Source of the DNA: Vicugna vicugna
Lineage: Eukaryota
Direction: 5' to 3'
DNA length: 64,000 bases
Assembly (NCBI GenBank): GCA_013265495.1
Contig: MU058153.1
Location: 1,366,001-1,430,000, forward strand
Below the pieces are notes generated by a model. It did no database searches. It was not told the origin of the DNA and saw only the letters and a list, made by a program, of their open reading frames with translations. Shown piece after piece: positions 12,686 to 26,151 of the stretch; positions within the stretch are counted from its first letter, which is position 1, and every line of letters begins with the position of its first letter. A program made the translations under genes and the position numbers.

Positions 12686-13329
12686 CCATCTTTTTGTTCT
12701 TTTAGGTGCTCTGAATGTCACCTTTCAGCAGATTGCATTCCAGAGGCAGAATTAGTATGTATTTTTAGTTGGATCAGCCAATGAAATGTTCTTCTAACTC
12801 ATGGCTGGACACAGAATGATTTATGGATCAAGCTTCAGGAATCTCCCCTGACATATGGATGTAAACTTGACACCTCACTCGATTCTTTAACCATGTTGAT
12901 ATAAAGGTGAGGAATGTCCCCAAAATATGCAGGTTGATCCACATATCATGAAGACCTTTAATTTCACCAATAAAGGCCCATTTCTACTATTTTTAATGCC
13001 AAGTATCAAGACATTTATTTGCCAATAAATCCCAGCTTACTAGTTTGTAATAATGATGATCATTAGCTGACCATCTGGTGTTGACTAAGAGAAGGAAAAA
13101 AAAATTTTGGTAGCTATCTCTGGAATGTGAATTTTCTTACATAATTTTGGACTGTGGGTTCTTGATTGAAACAGGAAACCCCCTCTTTCCTGGAGTCAAA
13201 GTTTAAGAAGCTGAAACTTACATAATATCACACTATCTACACTGAAGTAGTGCCATAATGTGAAAACATTTTAACATCATTTCCAGAATTTCACAACTGC
13301 TGCTGGCTCTGTATAAGAAATGGTATAAA

Positions 13330-13900
13330 CACCCTTTCTAAAGCTCTTCACATGTCAGCTCTTTCTTATTCTTCAGACTAAACCCCAAATGTCACACTTT
13401 CAAACAGTCCTTCCCTGACCAGGCTACCCAAAGCATTAGTAACAGTAAGCATAAAACAGTGAAAGTAACCACAACTATAATAATAACCAGTAATTTTGAG
13501 CCAAGTACTAGGCTAATCGCTGTACATTTATTGACTAAACCTCACAACAAGCCTATGAATTGGAATACTTATCTTTGTTTTGCAGATGAGGAAATGAGAC
13601 ACAGACTTGCCAACATGACTTAATGGGGGAGTAGCAGAGCTGGGACTTGAATCTAGTGAGTCTCAGTCCAGCGTTCATCCTATTCACAGTTAAGAAACAC
13701 TGACCCCATTCTGTTTATTTCTTAATAGTTTTTTTTTACATAATCTGTATGTATTTTTATTTAATTCGTTGTTTTTTCTCATCTCTCACCAAAATATAAG
13801 TTTCTTCAGGGCAAGGGATAATGTCTATCTTGTTCATCATTCTATCACAGAATCTAATACATTCCCTGACACATCGTTCGTGCTCAATAAATACAGTTTT
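13330..13900. mobile_element. L2 3' end interrupted by MIR (~13470-13690)
   Basis: TTTGCAGATGAGGAAATGAGACACAGA (MIR). GGGCAAGGGATAATGTC...GTGCTCAATAAATA (L2). Confidence 0.7.
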
Positions 13901-13954
13901 GCAAAAAAAAAAAGAATGAGAGTGATTGAACTCAGGTATAGTGTTGCTAATTCT

Positions 13955-15105
13955 CTCTGCTCTATGAAAGATACTGTCAAGAGAACGAGAGGAATGGGAG
14001 AAAATGTTTGCAAAAGACACATCGGATAATGGACTGTTATCCAAAATGTACAAAGAACTCAATAATGAAGAAACAAACAACCCCATCAAAAAATAGACCA
14101 AAGACTTGATGAGATGCTTCACTAAAGAAGATATACAGATAAGACATATGAAAAAATCTTCGCCTTACGTATAATTAGGGAAATGCACATTAAAACGACA
14201 ACATAACCACTACACATCTATCAGAATGGCTAAAACTGAAAATATTGACAACACCAAATACTGGTGAGGGTGTGGAGTGACAGGAACTCATATTCATTGC
14301 TGATGGGAATGCAAAATGGTACAGCCACCTTGGAAGACAGTTTGGTGATCTCTCACAAAACTAAACATACTCTTATCGTATGTTCCGGCAGTTGTGCTCC
14401 TTGGTATTTACCCAAAGGAGGTGAAAACTTACGTCCACAAAAAACAAACACCTTCACACAGATGTTTATAGTGGATTTATTCATAATTGCCAAAACTTAG
14501 ATGCAACTAAGATGTCCTTCGGTAGGTGAATGGATAAATAAACTGTTGTACGTCGAGAAAATGGAATATTATTCAGTACTCAAAAGAAATGAGCTCACAA
14601 ACCATTTTTAATATTAAGTAATAGCAATAAGCCATATTTCTTAATATTAAGTGAAAGAAACCAATCTGAAAAGGCCACATGCTATACGATTCTGACTATA
14701 TGACATTCTGGAAAAGTCAAAACTATGGAGACAATAAAAAAATTGTTTGTTGCCTTGGGTTGGGGGGAGAAGAGAGAGGAGTGAATAGGTGAACTATAGA
14801 GGATTTTTGGGGCAGTTAAACTATTTTATGAGCTACTTTAATGGTGGATACACATCATTATACTTTTGTCTAAACCCATAACATGTACAATACCGAGTGA
14901 ACTCTAATGCAAACTATAAACTTTGGGTGCTAATTATGTGTCAATGTAGGGTCATTAATTGTAACAAATGTACCACTGTGGTGTAGGATATCCATAGTGT
15001 GGGATTTTGCATATTTGGGGATAGGAGATATAGGAACTCTGTACTTTTCATTCAATTTTGCTGTGAACTTAGAACTTTTCTCTAAGCTTATTAAAACACA
15101 CAAAA
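13955..15105 (+). mobile_element. L1MC-like 3' fragment
   Basis: End of ORF2 and 3'UTR motifs (GACATTCTGGAAAAGTCAAAACTATGGAGACA, AATTTTGCTGTGAAC). Confidence 0.9.
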
Positions 15106-15274
15106 AATACAGCAGATCACCTGCATTTGCATCATTTTAAGGATAGTGTCCAAACTTCTTAGCATGGCATGTGACATCTCTCATGAACTTGTCCCTGCCT
15201 AAACGTGCATGTTAATTTGTTACACCTACACTTCTTTGTGTCCATGGGTACGTATGCACGTGCATATGCGCATG

Positions 15275-15297
15275 CACACACACACACACACACACAC
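15275..15297. repeat. (CA)n microsatellite
   Basis: Read directly. Confidence 0.9.
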
Positions 15298-16509
15298 GTC
15301 TTTGCCCCACCTCTCACACTCTGATGATTCAGAACTTCATTCACTGAAGCAAAGGTCTCAGGCTCTTTTTCAGGCTGTCCCCTGTGAGTGGTGAGAGTTT
15401 CTGCTTTTCTTTGATTGACTAATTCTTACTTGTCTTTCGAGCCTTATTTTCTCAGAAGGCTGTTCTTAATTCTCCACTTATCTAATTCAGGTGCCTCTGA
15501 TTGCACCCAGTACAAACCTTATTTTATCACAGAAGATGTCAAATTGTTCTATGACTGTTTATATATGTATATATGTGGCTGTATCCTTCAATAGACTCTG
15601 CGTTCCTTGAAGTAGAATCGGGGTTGTTTTAGCACAGTTCTATGTCCATAGTTGGTGCTCCAGAAATGTTTTTTGGATAAATGAATGGGGTGGGGTGGCG
15701 TAAGCTCTGATCCTAGAGCATTTCCAGGCGTGACAACTGCCTGTGGCAATCTGCCCTTCAGGGGAAGTGTGTGTAGTTGCTGGAAGCATGCTCCATCTTT
15801 AGTGGAGAGGGCCAACTTCGTTCCCTGGTGATGTCAATATGGCATCTTTCACCAGCTTGAACGTCCCCTGGCACTGAAAACACATAAAGTCTGGAAGCTG
15901 TTTATGAGACTGAGAAGGTGAGTCAACAGACCCTGTTCCAAGTTGGCAAGAAGGAGCACAGTCCTAAACAGCTAAAGCTCCGTAATTCACATTAAGCTTC
16001 TCATTAATTTAAATGTTAATGTAAATTTAAAACATGTTGTATTGATTTGGAACTGTTTTTGTGTGAATATTGCATAACTGAGCTCTCTAACGGCAGAATC
16101 CAAATGGACATCTCTTCACATCAACTTACGATTAAGAAAGAAATGAGGCTTTTTCTTTCTTCTCTCTCTCTTTTTGATCATGCAAAACCATTTGTTTTAG
16201 TTACGTGGTCTGGCCATGAGAACTTCTGACTTTGCTTGCGACTGATTTGGACAGTCCTCAGCAAAAATATCAAATTATGAATCTATTATTTTGGAGTATT
16301 GTACGTAAATGTCAAATGTATACAGAGATCAGTGTCCTTCCCATCTCACTGATGAGAAATCGAAAGTCTATGACCGTGCTGGTCATTTCAGCCTATTTCG
16401 TTAGTTCTTCAGCCAGAATCTCCTTCTGCTGGGATTTATAGTTCCCTATTTTAAAAGAAAACATCATTTCAAAGGATGTCGTACTGTGTTAGGCTCTCGT
16501 CAGAGAAAT

Positions 16510-16800
16510 AATGGTGGTGATGATAATGATGATGAAAATGAAATCTGGAAGTTTTTGCATATGCTTTCTTACTCTGTGCCAGATCTTGATGCAAAGTCTT
16601 AAAAAAAAAAACTCACTTAATCCCCAAGGCAGCACAGAGAGGGGGCTGCTGCTGTTACCCTATTTTAGAGATAAGGAACCTGTCCCCTGGAGAGATTAAG
16701 CCACATCCCTAACATTCCACAACTGGAAAGGGATGTTGCTGGCCCTAGGACTCAGGCTGGTCTGACGCCAAGGTCTTTTTCATCCGCACTATGCTCTTTG
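16510..16800 (-). mobile_element. MIR
   Basis: CCCTATTTTAGAGATAAGGAACCTG core. Confidence 0.65.
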
Positions 16801-16897
16801 GGTCTTAAATCGCACAGTGTGATTGATACTTGCAGCCCTAGAGAAGTGAATTCCTCATGGACAGAGAATACAGACTTGTGGTTACTGGGGGGGGGGG

Positions 16898-17241
16898 NNN
16901 NNNNNNNNNNNNNNNNNNNNNNNNNNNNNNNNNNNNNNNNNNNNNNNNNNNNNNNNNNNNNNNNNNNNNNNNNNNNNNNNNNNNNNNNNNNNNNNNNNNN
17001 NNNNNNNNNNNNNNNNNNNNNNNNNNNNNNNNNNNNNNNNNNNNNNNNNNNNNNNNNNNNNNNNNNNNNNNNNNNNNNNNNNNNNNNNNNNNNNNNNNNN
17101 NNNNNNNNNNNNNNNNNNNNNNNNNNNNNNNNNNNNNNNNNNNNNNNNNNNNNNNNNNNNNNNNNNNNNNNNNNNNNNNNNNNNNNNNNNNNNNNNNNNN
17201 NNNNNNNNNNNNNNNNNNNNNNNNNNNNNNNNNNNNNNNNN
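16898..17241. other. Assembly gap (344 N), followed by an L1 3' fragment to ~17405
   Basis: N run seen directly. The right flank resembles the L1 tail at 3560-3780. Confidence 0.97.
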
Positions 17242-18004
17242 TATACATACATGTATTCCTTTTTCTATTCTTTTTCATCATAGATTACTATAAGATATTG
17301 AATATAGTTCCCAGTAGAAACTTGTTGTTTATCTATTTTATATATAGTAGTTAGTATCTGCAAATCTCGAACTCCCAGTTTAGCCCTTCCCTAACCGTAA
17401 GTTTATTTAGAGTAGTGGATTTCTTGTTGAAGACATGCATATAAACATGCAATTAAGGATATAATGTTACCATTGAGAAGCTGGGTAGATGGATGACATC
17501 CAAAAACGCAGTTCCTAGTTCCTGAACACCTCGTGTCTTATTTCCTTCACCTACACACTATGAAATTTGATTAGTGAGGCCTCTTCAGTCCCACGTTCTG
17601 TGAACCTGTGTAATGATATGATTCACTTTGTTCTGATCAACAAACTCTCTGCCTGGTTCTTCTCTTCACAACCACCCCCTACAGGGCTTCACATCCGATG
17701 CTTCTGCCCCTGCAGACAGCCCCACCCAGCTCAGCTCTCTGTACTCACATGCGTACGAAGTAAGCCTCCTGCTCGCAACACATTTCTCTGAAACACGCTA
17801 AATACCAGGCAGAAAACTCAGGCTGCAAGACAGAAAAAGCAGCATTTTGCTCCCCTAAACATAGCAGTGAAATACAAAACCATAGACCAAGCCTTCATGT
17901 ATCAAAAGATAATACCAACCAATGCTTTCAGAGGCTCAGATAGTGTAAGACTGAGAGAACTTACTGAAATTGAATATTTACTGGCTTAGAAGAAGCCAAC
18001 AAAC

Positions 18005-18245
18005 GCTGTAGGGCCAGGATGCATCGCACAGTAAGGGCTTTAGGCTCTGAGATCACACAGACCTGGAAACTCTGCACTTACTGTTTCTCTCTGGGCAACT
18101 GACATGCCTCAGTTTCCTCACCTAAAAACAAGAATAATAATTCAAAATTACAATAGGGTAGTTATAAAGTTTAATGTATAAAATAATGTAGAGAGTTTAT
18201 CCCAGTATCAGATACGTAATGCAGGCTTAAATTAATCTCCATTAC
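18005..18245 (+). mobile_element. MIR
   Basis: TTTAGGCTCTGAGATCACACAGACCTGG...GCCTCAGTTTCCTCACCTAAAAA. Confidence 0.7.
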
Positions 18246-19522
18246 TCTAATAGCAACCACAAAAAAAAGTTCATGTGTTACTTTTAAAGTTATCCTTGTA
18301 AGTAGTAATTTGAGCTATCACTCAGTTATCAGTTTTAGGAATTGTATTGTTTTTACAGGACAATGATTACAAATTAGATATGAATATTTCACCCAGAAAT
18401 GTTTTTCCCTTTGAAGATATCTGATGGAGTTAAAAAAAATAATGTCGTGTTATGTTGTCAGATTCTGTAAGCTATCTATCTAACTGGTTTCCCCAGTTTC
18501 TACAGAATTATAGTTTCTTCCTCTCAACGTTAGGGTAGCAGAAGGCTAGATAGCCACTGCGCCACTGGTCATCAACCCCCAGAGGAGTATGAATCCTGAG
18601 AATTTGAAATCCAGGTTTTACTAAGCTCCATGAGATACACAATTGATTTCTTCAATAGACAAACCTGAAATTAACTGATTACAATCAACTTAATATCATT
18701 TACTGACAAGTAACTGCCCAACAGAGATAGAAGGAAGTAACTGATACATATAATAAGTTTACAAAAATTCAGGCTTTGTCTAAACGTGCTTTACTACAAA
18801 TTCTTCCTGACCATTCTACCTATATCACACCATGTCCTCAGATGGAAAATTATCACAAAATTTGAAAGATGGAAAGGGACTTAGAGGCGATCCTGTACAA
18901 AGCTCTTAATTTTATGTGTGGAGAGATTAAGACTCAGAGACGTTTGGATACTTGCCCAAAATTGCCTGGCTCATTATGATAGGGTGATCAATTAAGTCTA
19001 GTTCTGATTTTCAGTCCAATGCCTGTATTTATTCATTTCCTTGTTGCTATATCAAACTGAGAAATACGTAAATTATAGTGTACATTTTCTAGTCCATTTT
19101 TAATGTCCACTTGGCTATTATGGTTAGAATAAACTGATAACTGTATCTATTATTTTGAACTTACAATGGTGGATGAGGTAAAAGTAAGAAGTCTTTCCAA
19201 TTTCTGTACAAAATATTATTCAAAGTGTTTCTCCAATGAAGTGTGTATGACACATGACACACTTCAATAATACAATGCAGTGACCATTGGTAAAGGGAAG
19301 CAAGACTGGCAAATGTAGAGATGAATAAACTAAAACAACTATCTCTCTCTGTATCTGTATCTATGTGAATGTTTCTGTCTGTATTTGCCTATCTATATTA
19401 GAAAGAAGAAAGACTAAACGCTATCGGGGTAATGTGACAAGCTGGACTATCTAATAATAGCCTTAAATTTGTTCTCAATTGCATAATTTAAAAAGATAAT
19501 ATTTGTGTTTGTCTTCCTCCAG

Positions 19523-19619
19523 GTATAAAAGAAACGATATCTACAGAAATCCAGAACGCTTCTTTAACCTCTTTGGGTTTTCTCAGGAAGATCAGAGACT
19601 TCGGGGAAATTTCCAGAAG
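19523..19619 (+). other. LRRC4C: Candidate internal non-coding 5'UTR exon (97 bp) of the long isoform
   Basis: Acceptor TTTGTGTTTGTCTTCCTCCAG|G and consensus donor AAG|GTAAGT in unique sequence, on the same strand as the downstream exon. Assignment to LRRC4C is inference. Confidence 0.6.
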
Positions 19620-22600
19620 GTAAGTTTCAAGTACCACTAATCTGTTTTCCTGTGGCTTCCTTGCTAGCTTACAAAGTTCAGAACAAAAGAGATGTTCTGT
19701 AAGTCAAAAGAGTGGACAAAGGGAGGGCCAGATTCTGCTTTTCATAAATGATACAGTTAATATCTGAGAATGTGATTTCAATGTGTGCCCAAAACAAGCT
19801 TCCTAACACTGAACCCCAGCATGAGAGAGGTTTACCCACCCCGTCCCAGGATGGGCAGCTGCAGCCTCCCCCAGCATGGCAGCTGCCCTGTAAACTCTCC
19901 AGTGTGGAGCAGCAGGCCTGAATGCGTCTTCCTCTCAACATCCTACTCTGAATGTGAAAGCGAAGAGAGTGGGTTAAACTAACTGATGAAGTCTTGCTCC
20001 CAGGGTCACCAATCACAGAAGCAACTCTAATAACCAAGGACAGGAGACAGTAAAGTGAATAAAGAGAAGCCAGATGAGCTAATATAATGGAGTTTTTTCA
20101 CATGGAGAAGTAAAGTAGTAATAGGGAATAAGTATTCCGTAATACCGCTGAAAAATAGGAGAGGCCTGCCAGGGAAAGGAAGGGCTCTGCACAGCTTGCA
20201 CGAGGCTTTCGTTAACCTAAGAGCACACTCGGAGAGTTCCCCCTGAGTGATGGAGGCAGCCACAGTGCTGTTGTCTCCTGCTTTAAGCAGCAAGCCAGAC
20301 TCTAAGCAGAACCTTTGCCAGCTGCCTATTAGAAGTCGTGTATTATTAGAATCACAAGGGGCATGTATTGTCATAGAGAGGACGACACTAAGACAGACTG
20401 CTGGCATTTGTGGTTTTACTCTTTTTAAAAAGCCCATTACATAGAGTAATCTTTAATATTTCAGGCATATGATTACACGATTCTGTAAAGAGGGTGTGGA
20501 GAAAAAAGTTTAGATAGTGAGTGAGATTAACTAACTGTTCAGTGGACTTGTCTCACTGGGAATTTGTATTTCTAACTTAATAAGTCATCTGTTTCACTTG
20601 GTTTTATTTGTTGGTAGAAAATAAAACCTAGAAAAGGGAACTTATTACAAGGACAGAAAAAAAAAGTCAGAGGCTTGAACAAAAGTAAAATAGTAGACTT
20701 TGGTACAGGACTATGAGCCAAGCCAAGTAGGTCTTGGTAGCAGCAGCCACTTAATATTTTCAACTGGATGGTGCCTCTAGAATGAATGGACCTTGTTCCT
20801 TTCATATGGGTTTTTCTTCATCTGAGAGTCAAGATCATGCAAGAAAAACTTGGATTTATTTTGGTCATTCAGTTTGGTTAAATTTTCGTGATTTCCCTCT
20901 CAATGGTTATACTGCAGTAGCAAAAGAAAACATTGAATAGATTGGAAAATTTTTATCTTCTGTGATGGAGGAGCAGTCATCTGGATTTGCCACTCCATCA
21001 TGAATACATATCATGGAGAATAATTAATCATCAAAAATGAGATAAGGGCTATCATCAGGAAAAAGAGCCCATATTTAATACTATTTAATACTCATCATAT
21101 TGTAGCATAAAGCGGGTACCGCCTATTAACATGAGTAAGCTGCAAAAACATATGGGCACAATGACATTTAGGAAGTCGGTTATTAGCAAATGTCTCTTGG
21201 GCAGATCCTTAAAGAATGTCAAAGGACTGCTAGATTGATCAGCCTTTTAACTTGGACACTCAAAAGTCGTATTTCTGAAAGTTTTACATAAGCTCGAAAG
21301 TATGAAATCAACTAGTCCCCCAAAATGAAAAAAATATTATGCTCAAAGAGAGGAGAGGACCGGTAAGAATATAAAAAGACTGGAAATTCACTGGGGGTGC
21401 CAAACCTAAAAATCTTTCATAAAGCAAAAACCTTTAAAGCGCAACAAAGTGGTCCTCGTTCATTACGGCTTCCTGCTCCAGGAAGAAACAAATGCAGCTC
21501 CTAACTTAGAACCCCGATTGAAGTCCTCAGGATTTCTTCATATTAAGTTCAAACAGAGGCATGCTCGCCGTTGATATTTAGTAAATGCTAGTGGAAAAAA
21601 TGATTGAATGAATAGTTAGATTAATTATAAATGTATTAGACAATTTTCCAAGATATACTTGTTTAACCATCTAGTTTTAAGTGAGTCAATATCAATTTTT
21701 TCCCCTTTTTCCCATGTCCTCAAAGGCTTTCTAACGCCATTCTTTTAGCATTGCATCAGGAAACCAAAATGAAACAAACAAACAAACAAAAACCCACAGG
21801 TAACTTAAGAGAAAGCTATATCCATCCCTAATAGATCTATTCTAAAGAATTTATCTCAGAAGTTCAAAGCAATCTGGTTTCTGGGTACCAATAAATCATA
21901 GCATAATAAATCAGATCATAGTGGGAGCATTCTAATTTTAATTTTACCTGAGATTTATGAAGTTCCTAACCATATTTTGAGTCTGTTGGTAAAGTGAATG
22001 AATAATGGGTTTTATAGGAATGTTTGGGTATTCAGGGAAATTTTCCAAGAACCTTTTGCAAAAACATATTAAAATCTTAGGGGAGATCAGGAAATACAAC
22101 CATCCCTTTGCTTAACCATCACAGCTCTTCTCTATCTGCTGTGTGTAAGCTCTGGCGTACAGATTTTTGCCATTTGGGATGATTTATCCAAATAGGAATT
22201 GGTCTTCCAGTCCTTAAGTTTATTTCTGACCTCTCCTTGCTAATAGAAGGACAGAGAATTACTGTCTTCTCAAAGGTGGTTAAACGAACAAGAGCAACAG
22301 ATTGCAACAAATAAAGTTCCAAATAGCCTTGTCAGGTTTGTGATTCATATACAAAAGAATAGACATCTACATGGTTAAGTTGCAGTGGCTATTCCTTGAT
22401 GATTGACATTTTTATTTAGGAACAAATAGAGTTTCACTTATTCCTGGAAAACATATCTATAAATTAGATCCCCCAATGTCTAAAGTGAGATATGTAATTT
22501 CAAGTGAAACAATATTATTGCCCCAATCCAAGGAGAACTAAATGGATCTTTGCTATTGTCACATCCATGGGAATTTTTTGATAAAAAATACATAGCTTTT

Positions 22601-22829
22601 TCCAGTTTGGGTTGTCTGTAAAATGTGGCTGTATTGGTAGTGACTGAAGTAGTTATTAGATCTGATTCATAGAGTTCTTGGTAATAGAAAAAGCACGCCC
22701 ACGTTCCCATGACTCAGGCCCTGGTTAACAAATCTTTACACCATCAATCTGATGGAGCCCTATTCAGGGAGATCTCAAGTCCTATGGGAGGCCTCTTCCT
22801 TGATCTTTAAATTAAAAACTGAATTAGAG

Positions 22830-23330
22830 CACCCAGCAGGGGCAAGAGTGTAGAGAAAGAATGTTTTTATAAATGGCTGTGGAGAGAGTACCTTGGTGCA
22901 ACTTTCTGGAGACCTATATAGCATGCTAGCAAATGTCTTTAAAATATGCCTACCCGTGTCCCAAGATTTTCTTTTCTAAGATTTATCTTAAAGAAATCAG
23001 TGAACAAATGAATGAAGATATATGTGCATGCGTGATCACTGGAGCATTGGAAACAGTTGCAATATATTAGAAACAATCTAAATACCTGAAAATAAAGGAC
23101 TCCTTGTAATACAGTTTATTGATAGAATAAACCACTATATAGTCATTATAGTGGTTATAGTCATTAGTAATGATGCTGCTGCTTGGAATATATCATGGGA
23201 ATACATTCACAATACAGTATTAATTTTGAAAAATCTGATTACAGGGATTTATGCAAATATGATATCAATAATTATATGTTACATGTATTATGCATCTTAC
23301 GTGTATAGAAAAATATCTGAGTAACAGGAC
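22830..23330 (+). mobile_element. Old L1ME-like fragment
   Basis: TTGGTGCAACTTTCTGGAG...ATTTATCTTAAAGAAAT...GAAACAATCTAAATA. Confidence 0.6.
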
Positions 23331-23625
23331 TATGGCCTATTCTTTTTATATATTCTTATTTTAAATCGAAATAGATGTAAGTATATAAACTGAGAGAATA
23401 AAATAGATTGCAAACTAGGGGAAAAGGTCTTCAGTGAGAGAAGACCCTCTACTGCCATGAAAAGGCATACACACATACAACCTCTTTAATAATCCTTACT
23501 GTCCTCACTCCAGAAGGCCCTTGGAAGCAGGTGTTTCTGTGAACTTACCATGTTTTCCTGAGAATGTAGCTGAGCTGGGACTCCTATTGTCCTAGTTTAT
23601 AACAGCGACATCTCTTGATTGTTGC

Positions 23626-24170
23626 TGGTACAGGAAAAAATGGGGGCACAGGCGGATGTCCACGTCCCAGGTCTCGGTTGAGTCCCTGGGATGCACCCCG
23701 CCAAGTGCAAGTCCTTGGCTTTGCACAGGAAAGAATTTTAGAGTGAGCCATAGTTGAGTGCAAGTGGACTTATTCGGAGAGACGCACACTCCATAGACAG
23801 CGAGCAGGCTGCCTGGGAAGGTGAGGGAGCAGGAGACACTTCGAGGCACCGTGTGGCTGGTTTTTATATACTAAAAAGTGGGAGGATTATTCCAGCTACT
23901 TTGGGAAAGGGGCTGGGCTTCCCAGGAACTGGGCCACTGGCCTCTCTTTGACCCTTCCTGGTTGGGCTCGGAACCGTCATGGCGCCTGTGGGCGCACCAT
24001 TCACCAGCTAGTACGCGACAGTGTGTATAATGAAGCTCAAGGTGTGCTGGAGGCCGAACCTCCTGCCCTCTCGGGCCTCACGGTCTATTGGGAGTTGACT
24101 TTTCCGCCATCTTCGTGCTAATTGCGGTCATTCCTTTAGTGGTTGTGCCCTTCCCCCTTCCCTCCTGTCT
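23626..24170 (-). mobile_element. Solo ERV LTR
   Basis: Flanked by GTTGC direct repeats (23621-23625, 24171-24175). Minus-strand TATATAAAA near 23862. CpG-retaining. Confidence 0.8.
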
Positions 24171-24438
24171 GTTGCTACAAGTCATAGACTGGAGGGGCCA
24201 TAACCACTAGCATTATGGTAAAAAGCATGGGGGCGGGTGGCTTAAAACTAATATAAACAAAACCAGTTTATCATTTACAAATAAGACTAAAGAGCAAGAA
24301 TGTGAGATGTGATTTGCCTGGGCTAGGGATGGTTAAAAGCGGAAGGCAATGATTATGGGCTGCTCAGTAGCAGGGTAAAGCCAAGATGAATGCTGGTGTG
24401 GTACCTATTTGGTTCTCAGTGAAAGGAGTGCATGAGTT

Positions 24439-24976
24439 TGTTACTGAAAAAAGTGAGGCCAAACAAATCGAACGTTGGAATTTGGAGCAGGTTTCTTGCA
24501 GGGCCAGGCAAGGAGGGATGGGTGGCTCCTGCATGAAAAACCTGAAGTTCCTGATGGTTTTTCAGGGCAAAATGTTTATAGGCAAAATTTGGGGTGAGGG
24601 CTTCAGGGTGTGTGACTTTCTTCTGATTGGTTGGGGGTGAGGTAACAGGGTGCTCCAGGAATCTTGTGCTCAGCCTGAAGTTGCCCTCCTATACCGGGGT
24701 GGGGACCTTAGCTCCCGCAGAAGAGCTCAAACATATTGTTCTGTCTGTTCCTTGATCAGGAACCAGGACCCTGCCCCAAGGCTGCACTATTGTTTCTTGA
24801 CTGCTCCTCCTTTGTTTCTGCATTCCTTCCTTCCCTGATTAGCAACTGTTTGAATCTGCCCTTTGGAACTCAGGGAAGGACGAGGAGGCTGAATGACACC
24901 TATATCCTACAAAAGAAAAACAGGGGTTGGAAAGGATTTGTACCTGGGAGGACCCCACAGGGTCCTGCTCCTTTCA
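24439..24976 (-). mobile_element. Solo ERV1-like LTR
   Basis: TG...CA ends with near-TSD AGTT/AGTG. Internal CTGATTGGTTG. Confidence 0.8.
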
Positions 24977-25204
24977 AGTGGCAGTGATGAAAATGGCAGA
25001 TTCAGAACCCTGCAAGCCTGCACAGTACAAAAGAAAGGGCACCTGCTCAGGGAGGTGCCGATGTGTTGATCCAGGGACCTGGAACTCTGGTGCAACCACC
25101 ATCAAGTCTTTGCAGGTAACTGAATGTGCAAGTAAATGCCCTTCAAGCTAAACCCCTCTCCTCTCATCCAGGTTGTCGATGCTGCTCCTTCTAGAATATT
25201 GGAA

Positions 25205-26134
25205 TGTTGATTAAAAAAAACAAAACCAACAACCCAAATTATACAACCTCAAAGCTGAGAGAGTTATGTTTTATTCTGGGGCTTTGCTGAGGGCTGTAGC
25301 CCAGGATTCAGTCTCTCATTGCTCCAAAGAACTATTCAAAATGGGAATGGAGGAGCCAGTGTTGGGCCAACTGTTGTCCATCAAAGTCCAACGACCCCCG
25401 TTCCTGGGCCCTCAGATGTCTGCCTGTGATTTCTCAACAGATAAAGTATGTTCTTTACTGGGTGTGTTTCCCCTAACAAACCAATAGCTCCAGGTAATAA
25501 TCTCACAATAGCTCAGGCTGGCTTGTTTCAGCCCACCGTATCAGAGTCAAACGCCCTGCCTTTCCGGGACCCTAAACCTCTTACCTCACCTACAACCAAC
25601 CAGAGACTTGTGCACAAGCCGATCAGGGACCTCATGGCCCTACCTTATAAAAGACCCCCACATCCAGCCCTCGGTGCTCACACAGACACCTCTCATCAGT
25701 TTTCCACAGTGTACCCCTAATAAACTCCTTTCTGTTCTCATCCTTTATCTCTGGTAAATTCTTTTACCAACACGCATGTCACCGTGTCACCGACTGGCCC
25801 CTGTTGTGTCCCATGACAGCCAGGATATATATGAGTTTTTGCTGAAATAAAACCATGTGGTGGATCATCCAAAGATGACTGCTAATCACAAAAAAAAAAA
25901 AAAAGGACATCTCACGTTAAAGGTTTTAGTGCTTTTCTATGGGAAGATGCAAGAGTCTGTGTTCATTGAAATGATTCCTTTGATATGCACCTTAACTACC
26001 TAGGGCCAGTATCCCATTCTTCTCCATCCCGAATTCCCCTCAGGGCCTGCTGCTGGGGAATGCTGCGGTGACTCACGGCTTGATGGAAGGCAACATTGTT
26101 TACTGAAATAGCGGGTAACATTTTCTGTCCACCA
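25205..26134 (-). mobile_element. Solo ERV LTR (host), split by a nested LTR
   Basis: Starts TGTTGA, minus-strand AATAAA near 25270, sequence resumes after the duplicated GCCAG. Confidence 0.75.
25360..25818 (+). mobile_element. Nested solo LTR
   Basis: TG...CA ends, 5-bp TSD GCCAG (25355-25359, 25819-25823), TATAAAA 25646, AATAAA 25719. Confidence 0.9.
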
Positions 26135-26151
26135 GATCCCGCCATACTGCA

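Noticed and set aside
15856..15917. Possible exon (CACCAG acceptor, AAG|GTGAGT donor)
   Set aside because: Short pyrimidine tract and no other support. Such site pairs occur often by chance.
16752..17354. Long ORFs of 147-166 aa
   Set aside because: Artefacts of translating the N gap.
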